Both the position numbers and the translations under genes were made by a program. Of a stretch of DNA of 64,000 nucleotides, positions 39,280-52,407 are shown piece after piece. Numbering within the stretch: position 1 is the stretch's first letter; the number at the start of each line of letters is the position of its first letter. The notes beneath the pieces are model-generated. The model did no database searches, was not told the DNA's origin, and worked only from the letters and a program-made list of their open reading frames with translations. This DNA is from Octopus sinensis (lineage: Eukaryota). The DNA is taken from the NCBI RefSeq assembly GCF_006345805.1, contig NC_043014.1:47430001-47494000 (forward strand), written 5' to 3'.

Positions 39280-39615
39280 ACATAGTACTTGCATTCTCCG
39301 AGGGCTGTGGATGTAGTACTCACATCCTCCGAGGGCTGTGGATGTAGTACTCTCATCCTCTGATGGCTGTGGATGTAGTGTAGTACTTGCATCCTCCGAG
39401 GGCTGTGGATGTAGTACTCGCATCCTCCGAGGGCTGTGGACATAGTACTTGCATCCTCCGATGGCTGTGGATGTAGTACTCTCATCCTCTGATGGCTGTG
39501 GATGTAGTGTAGTACTTGCATCCTCCGAGGGCTGTGGATGTAGTACTTGCATCCTCCGAAGGCTGTGGATGTAGTACTTGCATCCTCTGAGGGCTGTGGA
39601 CATAGTTATTGCATC
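39280..39615. repeat. 31-bp minisatellite with a 129-bp higher-order unit
   Basis: Unit GTAGTACTTGCATCCTCCGAGGGCTGTGGAT, about 10 copies; a variant with extra GTAGT recurs 129 bp apart. Confidence 0.9.
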
Positions 39616-40687
39616 CTGGCCAAACCAGTGATCAGAATAATGTTGATGATGATGATAATCCTTTCTAATATAAGCACAAGGCCTGAAATTTTGTGGGGGG
39701 CTAGTCAGTTACATCGACCCCCAGTGTTCAACTGGTACTTACTTCATTGACCCTGAAAAGATGAAAGGAATTATAATAAAAATAATGATACATAGTCGAT
39801 ACATAATTAACCTCCTCTGAAAAAAAAAATTGCAATTTTCCAGTGTAAACTCCTTGTAAAGGTATGTATGTATGTACATGTGTATACTGTATGCACAAGT
39901 ACATATTTGTGCTTAATATATGCACATATCATCATCATCATCATCGTCGTTGTTTAATTTCCGCCTTCAATGGATATGTACATGGAAGTGTTTTTGTAGG
40001 TACATAGATGTGTGTGTGTGGATAATTGATACACTGGCAAATATGTCTACTGCTTGCAATGCCTGTTTTATCATCCCTGGCAACGGTTGCATGAAATAGA
40101 AGCGAGCTGATTTCCCCCCAGGAGAGGAAGTCTATTTACTGCAACTAACATTCCCCCCGCGATCTGGTTGTTATCATTTCCTATCAGCTAAATAAATAAA
40201 TACAAGTACTAGCAGCAAAATACTCTGAGTAACAACTCATGCAGACTCAACTGTGAATATTAGATATTCCCCTCTACCACTTTACTCCTGGGTTACACGA
40301 ACCTCTGACATTCCAACCCACTGCCATCTCTGTCAACATTGCCTTGTATAGACATACCTGCTTCAGAGGACTGTTCTCCTGTCACACATCCCTCTCATCT
40401 CTGTCACTTGTGCTTCTCTCTCTATAAAGAGGTCGGTGAGCAAGCAGAGCCGTGACGTTGTAAAGTTGCATCGAGGTTACGGCTACCTGTCTAGTGCTGG
40501 TGCCATGAAAAATGCACCCAGTACATTCTGTAAAATGGGTGGTGTTAAGATGGGCATTTAGTTATAGAAGCTAAGCCAAAGTAAAACACGCAAACGAAAT
40601 GGGGTCCTTGACCCATCAAGATGAGCAGTACCCACTAAACATGTACTAACTCATCCAACCTGTACCAGTAGGGAAAGTATATGATCA

Positions 40688-41890
40688 TCATTGTTTAATG
40701 TCCCTTTTTCCATGCTGGTATGGGATGGGTGACTCGGCAGGAGCTAGCAAGGCCAGAGGCTGCACAAGATTCTGCAGTCTACTTTGGCTTGGTTTCTACA
40801 GTTGGATGCCCTTTCTAATACCAACCACTTTACAGAGTATGCCGAATGCTTTTTACATGGCACCAACCCCAGTGCCTTTTACATGGCACCAGTGCCTTTT
40901 ACGTTACACCAGTGCCTTTTACATCACACCAGTGCCTTTTACGTCACATCAGTGCCTTTTACATCACATCAGTGCCTTTTACGTCACATCAGTGCCTTTT
41001 ACATCACACCAGTGCCTTTTACGTCACATCAGTGCCTTTTACATCACATCAGTGCCTTTTACGTCACATCAGTGCCTTTTACATCACACCAGTGCCTTTT
41101 ACGTCACATCAGTGCCTTTTACATCACATCAGTGCCTTTTACGTCACATCAGTGCCTTTTACATCACACCAGTGCCTTTTACGTCACATCAGTGCCTTTT
41201 ACATCACACCAGTGCCTTTTACGTCACATCAGTGCCTTTTACATCACATCAGTGCCTTTTACGTCACATCAGTGCCTTTTACATCACACCAGTGCCTTTT
41301 ACGTCACATCAGTGCCTTTTACATCACACCAGTGCCTTTTACGTCACACCAGTGCCTTTTACATCACATCAGTGCCTTTTACATCACATCAGTGCCTTTT
41401 ACATCACACCAGTGCCTTTTACGTCACATCAGTGCCTTTTACATCACATCAGTGCCTTTTACGTCACATCAGTGCCTTTTACATCACACCAGTGCCTTTT
41501 ACGTCACATCAGTGCCTTTTACATCACACCAGTGCCTTTTACGTCACACCAGTGCCTTTTACATCACACCAGTGCCTTTTACGTCACATCAGTGCCTTTT
41601 ACATCACACCAGTGCCTTTTACATGGCACCAGCACTAGTGCTTTTTATGGGGTACCAGTGCCTTTTACGTGGCACCAGTGCCTTTTACATCACACCAACA
41701 CCAGTGCCCTTTACATAGCACCAGTGCCCTTTACATGGCACCAGTGCCTTTTACATGGCACCAGTGCCTTTTACAGGGTACCTGTGCCTGTTACGTGGCA
41801 CCAGTGTTTTTTATGTGGCACCAGCACTTGTGTTTCTTACGTGGCACCAGCACCAGTGCCTCTTACATGGCACCAGCACCAATGCATTTT
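40688..41890 (-). repeat. Family C element whose internal module expanded into a 20-bp minisatellite (about 37 clean units, ~40890-41620)
   Basis: Unit AGTGCCTTTTACRTCACAYC, continuous with the family C tail on the left. Confidence 0.9.
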
Positions 41891-42559
41891 ATGTGACGCC
41901 TTGGTTCTAGGATACCCTGATGATGATGACATAACAGTATTAAGTACTTTAATCCAATGACAACTCAAACCAGTCTAAAAGCCGCAAGCATATGCACTCG
42001 CATGCACACACATGATTACATATAACATAAGTATGTGTGTATCTGTGTTTGTGTATCGTTCCATCATTTGCTGATGTAAAACTGAGTCTGGGTTCCCCTC
42101 CACACAGACACAGCAGCCCCATCACTCAGCTATATTTGGATTTACTGTTGTATATATTTAACTGTGATTAACCAAGATAAAACAAATATTTAGCTAATAT
42201 GTTGGGAATCTCACAGAGTTTGCTATTTCCAAAACACTGTTGCGTTAGGCGATCCAGCTCCTTGCAAAAATGTAGCAGTACCGTGTGCACACACACACAT
42301 ACACACACTTGCACACACACACGCTTGCACACACACACACGCTTGCACACACATGCATGCATGCACACACATACACACACGGTGTGTGTAATGTTATGAG
42401 CAACACCCCTTTATATCTTCTAGTTCCTTCGCTACTGATGTTGATATTCTCACCTGCTTACTGTAGCAACTTGATGATGAAGCTGGGTCCCCCCTACCTA
42501 GACCCTGCCCCGAAGGAGAGAGAGAGAGAGAGAGATTTTAATCAGTCTCAGTGATAGCC

Positions 42560-43112
42560 AAATGTAGCAGTGAAGGATCTAACCTGGCTAATAGCTGTCT
42601 ACCTAAAGAAGGGTTTGCCAGCCGTAGGTAGGTTGGGGTCGGTCGGTCGGGCTGGCTGGTTGGCTGGCTGGCTGGCTGGCTGGCTGGTTGGTTAGCTGGC
42701 TGGTCCTCTGAGACAGACAGACAGACAGGCAGTCGGACAGAATGAGTGGTGGGGAGAAAGCTATGAACAAGCCAAGCTCGGTAGCGCACACAAGTACTGC
42801 TATTATTACTCTGTGTATATCTATCTACACATGAACAATGTTAGTGTTGGACTGCTGATGTTGCTTCCCCCTCCCCCCCCACCGCCGTCCTCCTCCTCCG
42901 ACGCCGCCGTCGCCACCACCACCATCACCAGCGCCGACGACGACGACAACAACAAGTACTTTCTTTTCCCCTCCTCCTCTTCTCTTCTCTCTCTTCTAAA
43001 CTTGTGGTGGAACAAACACACAAGGCAAGTCAGTTCTGTGTGAAGAAGAAGAAGAAGAGATTTAAGAAACTTTTTACAGGATGTTCAGGGACTTACAGCA
43101 GGAAAGGAGGAG
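42560..43112 (+). promoter_or_regulatory. GC/CpG-rich promoter or 5'UTR-like island ending at a donor site
   Basis: Retained CpGs (ccgccgtcc, gacgccgccgtcgcc, gacgacgacgac) and (GGCT)n, ending in GGAG|GTAAAA at 43113. Stands out against the AT-rich background. Confidence 0.35.
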
Positions 43113-46100
43113 GTAAAATAGTAGTGGTAGTAGTAACGTTTTGTATTGGTGGTGGTGGTGGTGGTGGTGGTAGTGGCGATGGTGGGGAGTATTGGATTAA
43201 TTAGTCGGCTCCAGGGTTACTATTTGTTATCTTTCTCTCTCTCTCTCTCTCTCTCTGCTTGTGCTGTGTATTTTACAACTTGTGTTAAGAGAGACACAGC
43301 ATACACAGCAGAGGTGGCTGGATCTGTTAGAAATAGCCACCAGATCTCCCTCGTCTTAGAAATGAGGAGGACCCATCAGATAACGTAGTCCTAGATATAC
43401 CTAGACAGGATATCTTTCTCTCTCTCTCTCTCTCTACTTGTGCTGTGTATTTTACAACTTGTGTTAAGAGAAACACAGCATACACAGCAGAGGTGGCTGG
43501 ATCTGTTAGAAATAGCCACCAAATCTCCCTCGTCTTAGAAATGAGGAGGACCCATCAGATAACGTAGTCTTAGATATACCTAGACAGGATGGTCACTGAT
43601 GAAAATGCGTTTGATGATAGGTCTGCTTGATCGCGTTTGACCCGGGGCTAAACTACTTACAATAAGCACAGCTGAAGAGGTGAAAATGTAAACAGCCCCT
43701 TTTTGCCAGTATTCTACTTCCTTTCATTTAGGAATTTGGTAGTTTTACTTTTGTGTGTCTGTCCAGGAATTATCTGTGGATATCTCACTACTGCTACCCA
43801 CTGGATACTATTGCATGTACTGATATCAAAGTATTGATAATGACAGTGTTGTTGTTGTTGTTGTTGTTAATAATAATGGTGATGATGATGATGATGATGA
43901 TATTGGCAGTGGATCTGACTAAATATCTTCAACAGAACACAGCTTGTGTCATTTCAAACTTGGAATCTTACCACCCTATTCTGTTGGAATATCCCACTTT
44001 CACATGGATTAAACCACAATGGATTCTACCGGAATTGAGGATTTTACCCAGTGAAGGAATTTACCTTGGAAACTACTTGGGATTTATGTGAAATTTTTTT
44101 TCCACGAAATATTTGAAAAGTTCATCTTTATGGCAATCCCTCTTCCTCATCCTCTCTCAATAGACCACCATGTTGTTTTTTAATAATTATATATTAATGA
44201 TTACCTGTCTGTTAAATACACTCACACATATCTTTAATACACACACACACACACACACACCACACATACACACACCCTTGATACACATACATACCTTTCC
44301 ATGTACACATCTAATACAGCACCCCTTTGCATACCCAACCCTTACACATAGTTTAAAATCTTCCATAGATTCTTTGTTTTTATTTTGTGTTTTTTTTTGT
44401 GTGTGTGTGTGTGTTTTTGCCCATCCTGTCTGTTAAAATTCCTGCCAAGGTGTAAAAATATCGGTAAAGTCTGTAATTCTTACTCATTGAACTTAAATAA
44501 TCTGCTACTCCTTACCACCATAACTTTAGAATCAAGTCTTATGCCCAGAGCAATTAAATTTATCTTAACTGGTCAAAGTTATTACTGCTGGTCCCTGCTA
44601 TAATTAGTATGTTAAGTATATGATTACTGGTCCTTTGTACGACCAGTGTATAAGTTATAGGCTCTTTTGTATAATTAGTATGTAACTAGTGTCCCATTGT
44701 ATGACTATTGTATAAGTAGTGGCCTTCTATGACCTACAGGGCTACTGGTGCTTCAGCCCTTAGCCAACAATGTACACTGCTTTCCAGTTACTTTCTTACT
44801 TTAAATTTGTAAAGTGATTCTCTGCTATTTATTACCAAACTGTTGTTTGTTGGTTGTTGTTGTTGTTGTTGTTGTTGTGTTCAGTGTGTTGAGTAACAGG
44901 GGGCACCTTGCACTCTCAAAATAGGGTAACAACAACTTGACGAAAAGAAAAAGTACTATAGTCACCTCTTATCACACACACACACACACACCCACACACA
45001 CCCTCTCTCTCTCTATTTCTCTATCTTTTTTTGCTACATAAGACCAAGCAATAATGTCTGTGAGGTGTTCATTTTACAGCACATCTTCACCACCCTTGTT
45101 CCACCCCATTATCCCCTTGTTTTATACTTTAAAGAACTTTTTAATTTGAGCTTTCATCAGCTCAGAACACCTTGCCATCCCTTACCGTCCCTTGTTGTCC
45201 CCTACTGGCTGTTTTCTTACACAATATATCGCCACTGTGAAATGTTAATTAGGAAGTAACTATAGCAATTTAATTGTCTTGTGTTCAGAAATTACTATTT
45301 ATACAGTAATTTTTTTTTGTCTCGTTAAAAACCTCTTTCTCTGATCTACAGACATTCTGATACACGTTATAATTGATAAAACTAATTAAGTTTCTCTTAT
45401 GAAAAATAGGTTTCTAGATTTCCTATCTTTCAATCCTTGCGCATTCAGAAACTCATAAAAAGTTGCTTGAGCTGGAATTGGTCCTAAAATACATTTGTAT
45501 ATATACTCATACTGTGTATATAATCATACTGTATATATAATCTAACTATATATGTAATCATAGTGTTAATACAGATGGGTTATCATGACAAAGAAAGATA
45601 GAAAAAAATAAAACAAGTACTTAACATATTTTATTAATGAAGCAATTTAATCTAAAACCAAACTGAAAATATTCTTCGTTCTTTAAAAATACTTTGGTAA
45701 AAGCTTTATGTAATAATTAAAATCTTTTCTGTATAATTATTTACTTGTAATTAAGCAGAAATAACAAATATTAGAATTGTGATAACAGTGATTTTTCCAT
45801 CACTTTCTGGACTTTCCTTCATTGAATATATTTTTGATGAAAGATTTGGGCAAAAGATTTCATTATTTCTGCAGGAAACACCTAACAACCTCTGATTGCT
45901 AATTCATTTTAGTTAATCATCAAGATAGTTTTTTTTTTTTGGTTTTTTTTTTTTGGCTTTATTTATTTTTACGTCACTGAACCATAAACAATCCTTCTCC
46001 CCTTTCATTGAGTTACTTCACATGTTTACCACTCCCTCTGACCAACCACTCTGGCTTATTGTTTGGGCCTTTTGGTCAGTAGGCACAAACACACTAGGAT

Positions 46101-46204
46101 GACTTCACAAGGGAGTAGTACTATGAGGGTTTGTGAAAGGGATTGCAGCATCCAACAGATTTAAAGGTGGTGGTGTTGTTGTTGTTGTTGTTGGTCAGAA
46201 AAGG

Positions 46205-46366
46205 ATGTCTGGAGGAGGAGGAGGAGGAGGAGGTCGGCCGCATGGTCGGTGTTTTAGTAACTTTGACTTGGAACAGGATTGGCAATCCCAACTGGATGAT
46301 GAGGAAGAGCTCTCTGAACTACAAGTTGATAACATTTCCGACTTCTTTCGGGAAATGACTGTAGAG
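46205..46366 (+). CDS. Candidate alternative first (or cassette) coding exon (MSGGGGGGGGRPHGRCFSNFDLEQDWQSQLDDEEELSELQVDNISDFFREMTVE)
   Basis: In-frame TGA upstream (46124-46126), ATG at 46205, 54 open codons, GAG|GTTAGC phase-0 donor followed by a pyrimidine-rich intron-like tract. A possible phase-0 acceptor CAG ends at 46198. Confidence 0.6.
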
Positions 46367-46707
46367 GTTAGCATTGACTTCAGCTTCATTCCCCCCTCCT
46401 TCTTTCTCTTTCCTTCTGCATTTCTTCCTCTCACCGCCACCCTTTGTCTCTTGCTTCTTCTCCAATCTCTATAATCTCTCTCTCTCTCTCACTATCTCTC
46501 TATCCCTCTATCTATCTCTCTATCTATCTATATCTATCTATATGTATCTATCTATCTATATCTATCTATCTATCTATCTCTCTCTCTATCTCTCTATCTA
46601 TCTATCTATCTCTCTATCTATATCTATCTCTCTATCTATATCTATCTCTCTATCTATATCTATCTCTCTATCTATGTAAATATATATACATATATGTGTA
46701 TATATAT

Positions 46708-46743
<36 letters not shown>

Positions 46744-47479
46744 AAAACGTATTTTTCACATCTGGAAGCAATGTCGTAGATTTATTATCTAAAATATTTA
46801 ATCCTTATGTTGTGTATGTGTACATGTTGCAGGGTATGTATTTTATGTGTGGATGGAGGGTATAAACATATATGTGTACTTTTCCCCATTATTGTATGTA
46901 CTGGTTTGTGTATGTATGTATGTATGTATGTGTGTGTGTGTATACGCCTGTCTGTGTGTCTAAACTGGAACTCACTATAAATATACTAAGGCTACACAAT
47001 TCCTATCTGTTTTCCATTTCATTCTATTTAAGGGGACAATCTAGTCTGGAGTCCACAACAAGGGGTTTTATTCATTGTTTCTCTCTCTGCCACCCACCCA
47101 TTACACACCTCTACCATTTACGTGTATGTATGTGTGTGTGTGTGTGTGTGTGTTGGTCTTTCCACATGCGTGCACGCACACACACATACACACATACACA
47201 CACTCACTGTATATGTGATGCAGTTAAATAGACTCAGATGTAGCTTTTTGATGTCGATGGGTGGGGCCTCTGTCAGCTGCGATTGTGTGGGTTGTGGTTG
47301 ATGAGTGACATTTTTGTCAGTCAAGATTGTGTGGGTTAATTATAGGGAGGACCCTGTTCGCTACAATTAAGTATTTGTGATTGGAACGAGGGCCCCATAT
47401 CAGGTGTGATTGTGAGGGTGTTGTTGCAGTGAGGCCCTTGTCAGCTTGTGATTGTAGGGACGTCTTATAACCATACATC

Positions 47480-47892
47480 TTTTACTCTTTTACTTGTTTC
47501 AGTCATTTGACTGCGGCCATGCTGGAGCACCGCCTTTTTTAATCGAGCAACTCGACCCCGGGACTTATTCTTTTGTAAGCCCAGTACTTATTCTATTGGT
47601 CTCTTTTGCCGAACCGCTAAGTAACGGGGACATAAACACACCAGCATCGGTTGTCAAGCAATGCTAGGGGGAAAAACACAGACACACAAACACGCACACG
47701 CATATATATATATATATATACATATATACGACGGGCTTCTTTCAGTTTCCGTCTACCAAATCCACTCACAAGGCTTTGGTCAGTCCGAGGCTATAGCAGA
47801 AGACACTTGCCCAAGGTGCCACGCAGTGGGACTGAACCCGGAACCATGTGGTTGGTAAACAAGCTACTTACCACACAGCCACTCCTGCGCCT
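47480..47892 (-). mobile_element. SINE family A
   Basis: Full-length copy. Confidence 0.9.
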
Positions 47893-48559
47893 ATATCTTT
47901 GAAGTATTATGTCATGTTTAGATGATTTTTTAGAGACACAACAAACTAAACTCCTTTTTTTCCCCCCCCCAGTTTTCTGAACAGTAAGGGACAAGCCCAT
48001 AGCCTAATGATGCAGTTTGAGCATGGACCCTGTTGAAGGTAGTTGTTTGTGAAGAACTGGATTTTTGTTAAAGAAGATGATGGAACGAGGCAGAGAGAGA
48101 TATGAATGGATGTAGTTCACTGTGTTGTAGAGAATTACACTTGATCTCACTGTGTGTTGGGCACTTGTTGAACAAGGCCCTGGTTACTGTAGTCTCTTTA
48201 AAGGTTTCTGCATGGTCTCACTTATTCATAGGTGTGGTGTGGGTTTGCTATACAACATCTAGGTTACATGAGGGCTATTGTGTCAAAGAAGGTGTTATTG
48301 AGTTATGAAATGTGGGCATGGCTGTGTGGTTAGGGAGCTTGCTTCCTAGCTACGTGGTTCGGGTTCAGTCCCACTGCGTGGCACTTTGGGTAGGTGTCTT
48401 CCGCTATAGCCCCGAGCCGACCGGAGCTTTGTGATTGAATTCGGTAGGCGGGAGTTACTGCCGTGTGTATATGTGTGCGTATAGCTGCTCAGTGCCTCTC
48501 CGAAAAAGAGAGAGAGTATCATTTTTGTGTGTGTGTGTGTGTGTGTGCATATATTCAAC

Positions 48560-49870
48560 AGGGTACCTCAATCCCTGATGTGGTGGTCTCTGCAGAAGCT
48601 AGATGAATGGCTCATGAGAGCTGTCCAAGCCATGTGCAGGGATGCTGTTAATAACATCACAGCTAACTATGAGTACAGTGGCAAATTTAGCATGTAGGCT
48701 GGAGTTCAGTAGGGTTCAGTCCTGTCCTCTATACTATTTATTATTGTCCTCCAGGCCATCACAGAGGAGTTTAACCCTTTAGTGTTTAAACCGGCCATAT
48801 CAGGCCAAAGTTGTCTTCCTGTTTTATGCTCAAACCAGCCAGCTCTGACCTCTCACACCTACCCTACAAAGTCATTCTAAAAATAAACAGGGAGATCATC
48901 AAAATCTCAGAGTTACAAGATGCTGTACAATTAATTTAAAACGATGTGATTAAACAGGCTTTACATCTGACAGAGTAATCTAAATGCTAAAGGGTTGCTT
49001 GTGGGAACTCCTTTATGCTGGTGACCTTGTTCTGACTGTCAAAATAGTTGCAGAATTAGAAAAGGAATTCTAGGTGTGAAAGCAAAACCTGGAATCAAAG
49101 GGCCTTAAAATTTACGTAGCAAAAATCAAAGTCTTAGTAAGCAGGAAAACTGGCAGTACACTAAACCCTTCATGAAGATATCTGTGTTCAATATCTAGAA
49201 AAGGTGTAGATAGAAATTCCTCCATTTGCTGTATCCAATGCAAGCTATGGACACAGAAGAGTTGTGGCAGAATCACTATGAAATTAACAAAGACTTTGTC
49301 TGTAGTAGATAGACAGGAGTAATAAACACTAAGAACCCACCAGAAGTGACCTAATTAGTAGTAAAAGAAGATGTTTTGAAAGTATAATTGCTCGAATAAG
49401 AACAGGCTGGAGAAAGTTCAGAGAACTATTACCACTGTTGGTAACAAAAGACCTCTCTTTCAAAGTAAAAGATATATTGTATAATGCTTCCATACAAACA
49501 GCAATGAAACATGGGCCATGAATGCAGGGGACATGTAAAGACTAGAAAGAAATGAAGCTAGCATACTCTGCTGTACAATGTCTGTGTGCATGTATGATGT
49601 GTTGAGAGGAAAAATTTGGCATTAGAGGTCAGATGTAGTGTGCATGGGAGAGTTTGCACTGGTATGGCTTTGTAATGTATGTGGATAAAGACAGCTGTAT
49701 TACAAAGTGATCGCAAAATGTGGATTGAACCTGAGGAAGAGGGAGACTTAAGAAAATGTGGGACCAAATAATGAAGTCTGACCTCAGGTTGTTGAACCTC
49801 AAGGAGATGACAAGGGACCAAAATGAGTGGCAATTTATCATGCTCAAAAAGGACCTGTCCTTCCAGTAAA
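48560..49870 (+). mobile_element. Degraded RTE-clade LINE reverse transcriptase region (interrupted by a MITE)
   Basis: Fragments read DEWLMRAVQAM, QGSVL/LLFIIVLQAITEEF, WELLYAGDLVL (YADD-like motif), ARIRTGWRKFRELLPLLVTKDLS. Many stops and frameshifts. Confidence 0.85.
48775..48994. mobile_element. piggyBac-like MITE (family D) inserted in the RTE relic
   Basis: TTAA-CCCTTTAG...ATGCTAAAGGG. Internal sequence similar to 30352-30572. Right TTAA damaged. Confidence 0.75.
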
Positions 49871-50189
49871 AATGAGGTCCTAAAAACATGTTGTCACTGT
49901 CGATGCAACACCCTATTAGCACCTATCAAACCTTCCCAGCAACTCGTTTTCATAATGCCCACCCCTACCTCATTCCTATCTAAGGTATTATTTATTGCTC
50001 AGCTGAACTGCATATATTCCATTCCCTTTTTGTACTTCTAATAATCTGTCTTCTTGGAACCACACCCCTTGTCACCCATCCTGCATCATTCCTAACACTA
50101 TTCCTTACCGCTATATGTCCACTGAACACCCATTTCACCTAAACACCTTATTACCTCAGTCATCAACACCCCTTTTTTTTTTTTCCTTT

Positions 50190-50596
50190 TTTCTTTTTAC
50201 TTGTTTCAGTCATTTGACTGCGGCCATGCTGGAGCACCGCCTTTAGTCAAGCAACTCAACCTCAGGACTTATTCTTTGTAAGCCCAGTACTTATTCTATC
50301 GGTCTCTTTTGCCGAATCAACCGCTAAGTGACGGGGACGTAAACACACCAGCATCGGTTGTCAAGCAATGCTAGAGAGACAAACACAGACACACAAACAC
50401 ACACTTGCATATATATATATATATATATATACATATATACGACGGGCTTCTTTCAGATTCCGTCTACCAAATCCACTCACAAGGCTTTGGTCGGCCCGAG
50501 GCTATAGTAGAAGACACTTGCCCGAGGTGCCACGCAGTGGGACTGAACCCGGAACCATGTGGTTGGTAAACAAGCTACTTACCACACAGCCACCTA
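50190..50596 (-). mobile_element. SINE family A
   Basis: Near full-length copy. Confidence 0.9.
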
Positions 50597-51420
50597 TAAC
50601 TTCCTATATCCTCTTCACTATGTACACTTGATCTCTGTCACTGTGCATCTTTTCTCCCCTCTACACTTCACCTCACATGCTACCTATCCATCTGCCTTTA
50701 TTCTCTGTTCATCTTCTTGTACCTCGAATGTATGCCCTGATACCTCATCTCCACCATTCTACCTCCCTTTCTTGCTGGGGGTAGCCATGTACATCCTCTA
50801 CAGCAAGACACCTATTCCTGTCCCTCTTTCCTATTTTAGCCTTTGTTCACCTGGCACAAAAACTACCTCCCTCTATACTGCAACCCCTTCCCCACTCTGT
50901 GAAAGGGTCTTGTCTTTCATGTACTTAGTGACCCCCACAAGTACTGATACCACAAACAAAAAAAAAACACCCAGTACACTCTGTAAAGTGGTTGTCATTA
51001 AGAAGAGTATCTAGCTGTAGAAACCTTGCTAAAGCAGACACTGGAGACCAAAACGGCCCCTTATATTAGTTGGATGCTGTCAAATCGTTTAACCCATACC
51101 AGCATGAGATACAGATGTTTAATAATGATGATGATGATAAATCCCAGTTTTAGAAAAGGTCTACCATGTCCATGCATGCTTTAAGAGGCAACTAAAAGGC
51201 TTGGTAACCACAATGCTCATCTGATTGTAAAACCCTCAGAAAATCCATGCCAGCGTAAAAGCAAGCATAAAATGATGATGATGATGATGTATAAATTCCA
51301 CTCAAATAAGATGGTTATGACTTGTAGAGCAGAAGAATTTCTAAGCACCATAGAAACCTCTTTCAAACTGTCTTTTATTTTTGATTTGTCCCTATGTCAA
51401 GAGACATATGTGACAGTTTT

Positions 51421-51454
<34 letters not shown>

Positions 51455-51469
51455 GTGTGTGTGTGTGTA

Positions 51470-51527
<58 letters not shown>

Positions 51528-51529
<2 letters not shown>

Positions 51530-51852
51530 AGCACTCCATCGGTTACGATGACGAGGGTCTCAGCTGATACGATCAGTGGAACAGCCTCCTCGTGAAATTA
51601 ACGTGCAAGTGGCTGAGCACTCCACAGACACGTGTACCCTTAACGTAGTTCTCAGGGAGATTCAGCGTGACACAGAGTGTGACAAGGCTGGTCCCTTTGA
51701 AATACAAGTACAACTCATTTTGGCCAGCTGTGTGGACTGGAGCACCGTGAAGTAAAGTGTCCTGCTCAAGGACACAATGCGTCGCCGGGAATTGAACTCA
51801 CGACCTTACGATCATGAGCCAAATGCCCTAACCACTAAGCCACACACCTTCA

Positions 51853-51853
<1 letters not shown>
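51528..51853 (-). mobile_element. tRNA-derived SINE sharing the family G 3' tail
   Basis: Reverse complement of the family G tail (cgtcgtaaccgacggagtgc...gtgtcacgctgaat) joined to a different middle and a tRNA-like head. Confidence 0.75.
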
Positions 51854-51902
<49 letters not shown>

Positions 51903-52407
51903 ATATTCATTCATGTACATACGCATACAACAGACAATGTATATACTGTTAAGTATATTAATGGTGTATAATATTGTGTGTGTATGTCTGAGTGCGTCAC
52001 TATTCACACATAATACTACTAGTTACCTCAGTATATTTAACTAATCTAGTTTCTCCTCTAACTAGTTCTGGACAATTAGTTAAGAGGTCAGTTGTTGCCA
52101 ATAGTTACTACACTGGATCCATTAGACAGGAACTGTTACTTTTAATAGACTTACTTCCTATCCCCGGGCAGATTCCTCTCTCATTCATTTAGCACAGTAG
52201 GAAGATGGGTGGGTAGGTGGATAAACTCCAGCCTTATAGAAGCTCAAGATATAGAAAGAGTTAACTCAAGTAATGGTTAGTTGTTTGACTTCCCACCACG
52301 GCCACCATTATTTATGATAGCTTAATCACTTGGGGAGAGCAACGTTGATGACACCATCTTTTAGGGTGTCAGAGATATGCAAGAGAGAGGGAAGAATTTA
52401 TCATTAA

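Noticed and set aside
40890-41620. CRISPR-like regular array (also 53630-54390 and 39280-39615)
   Set aside because: Units are contiguous with no unique spacers, no cas genes, eukaryotic intron context.
40698-41960. 420-aa ORF and two overlapping ORFs
   Set aside because: Product of a stop-free 20-bp tandem repeat inside a retroposon.
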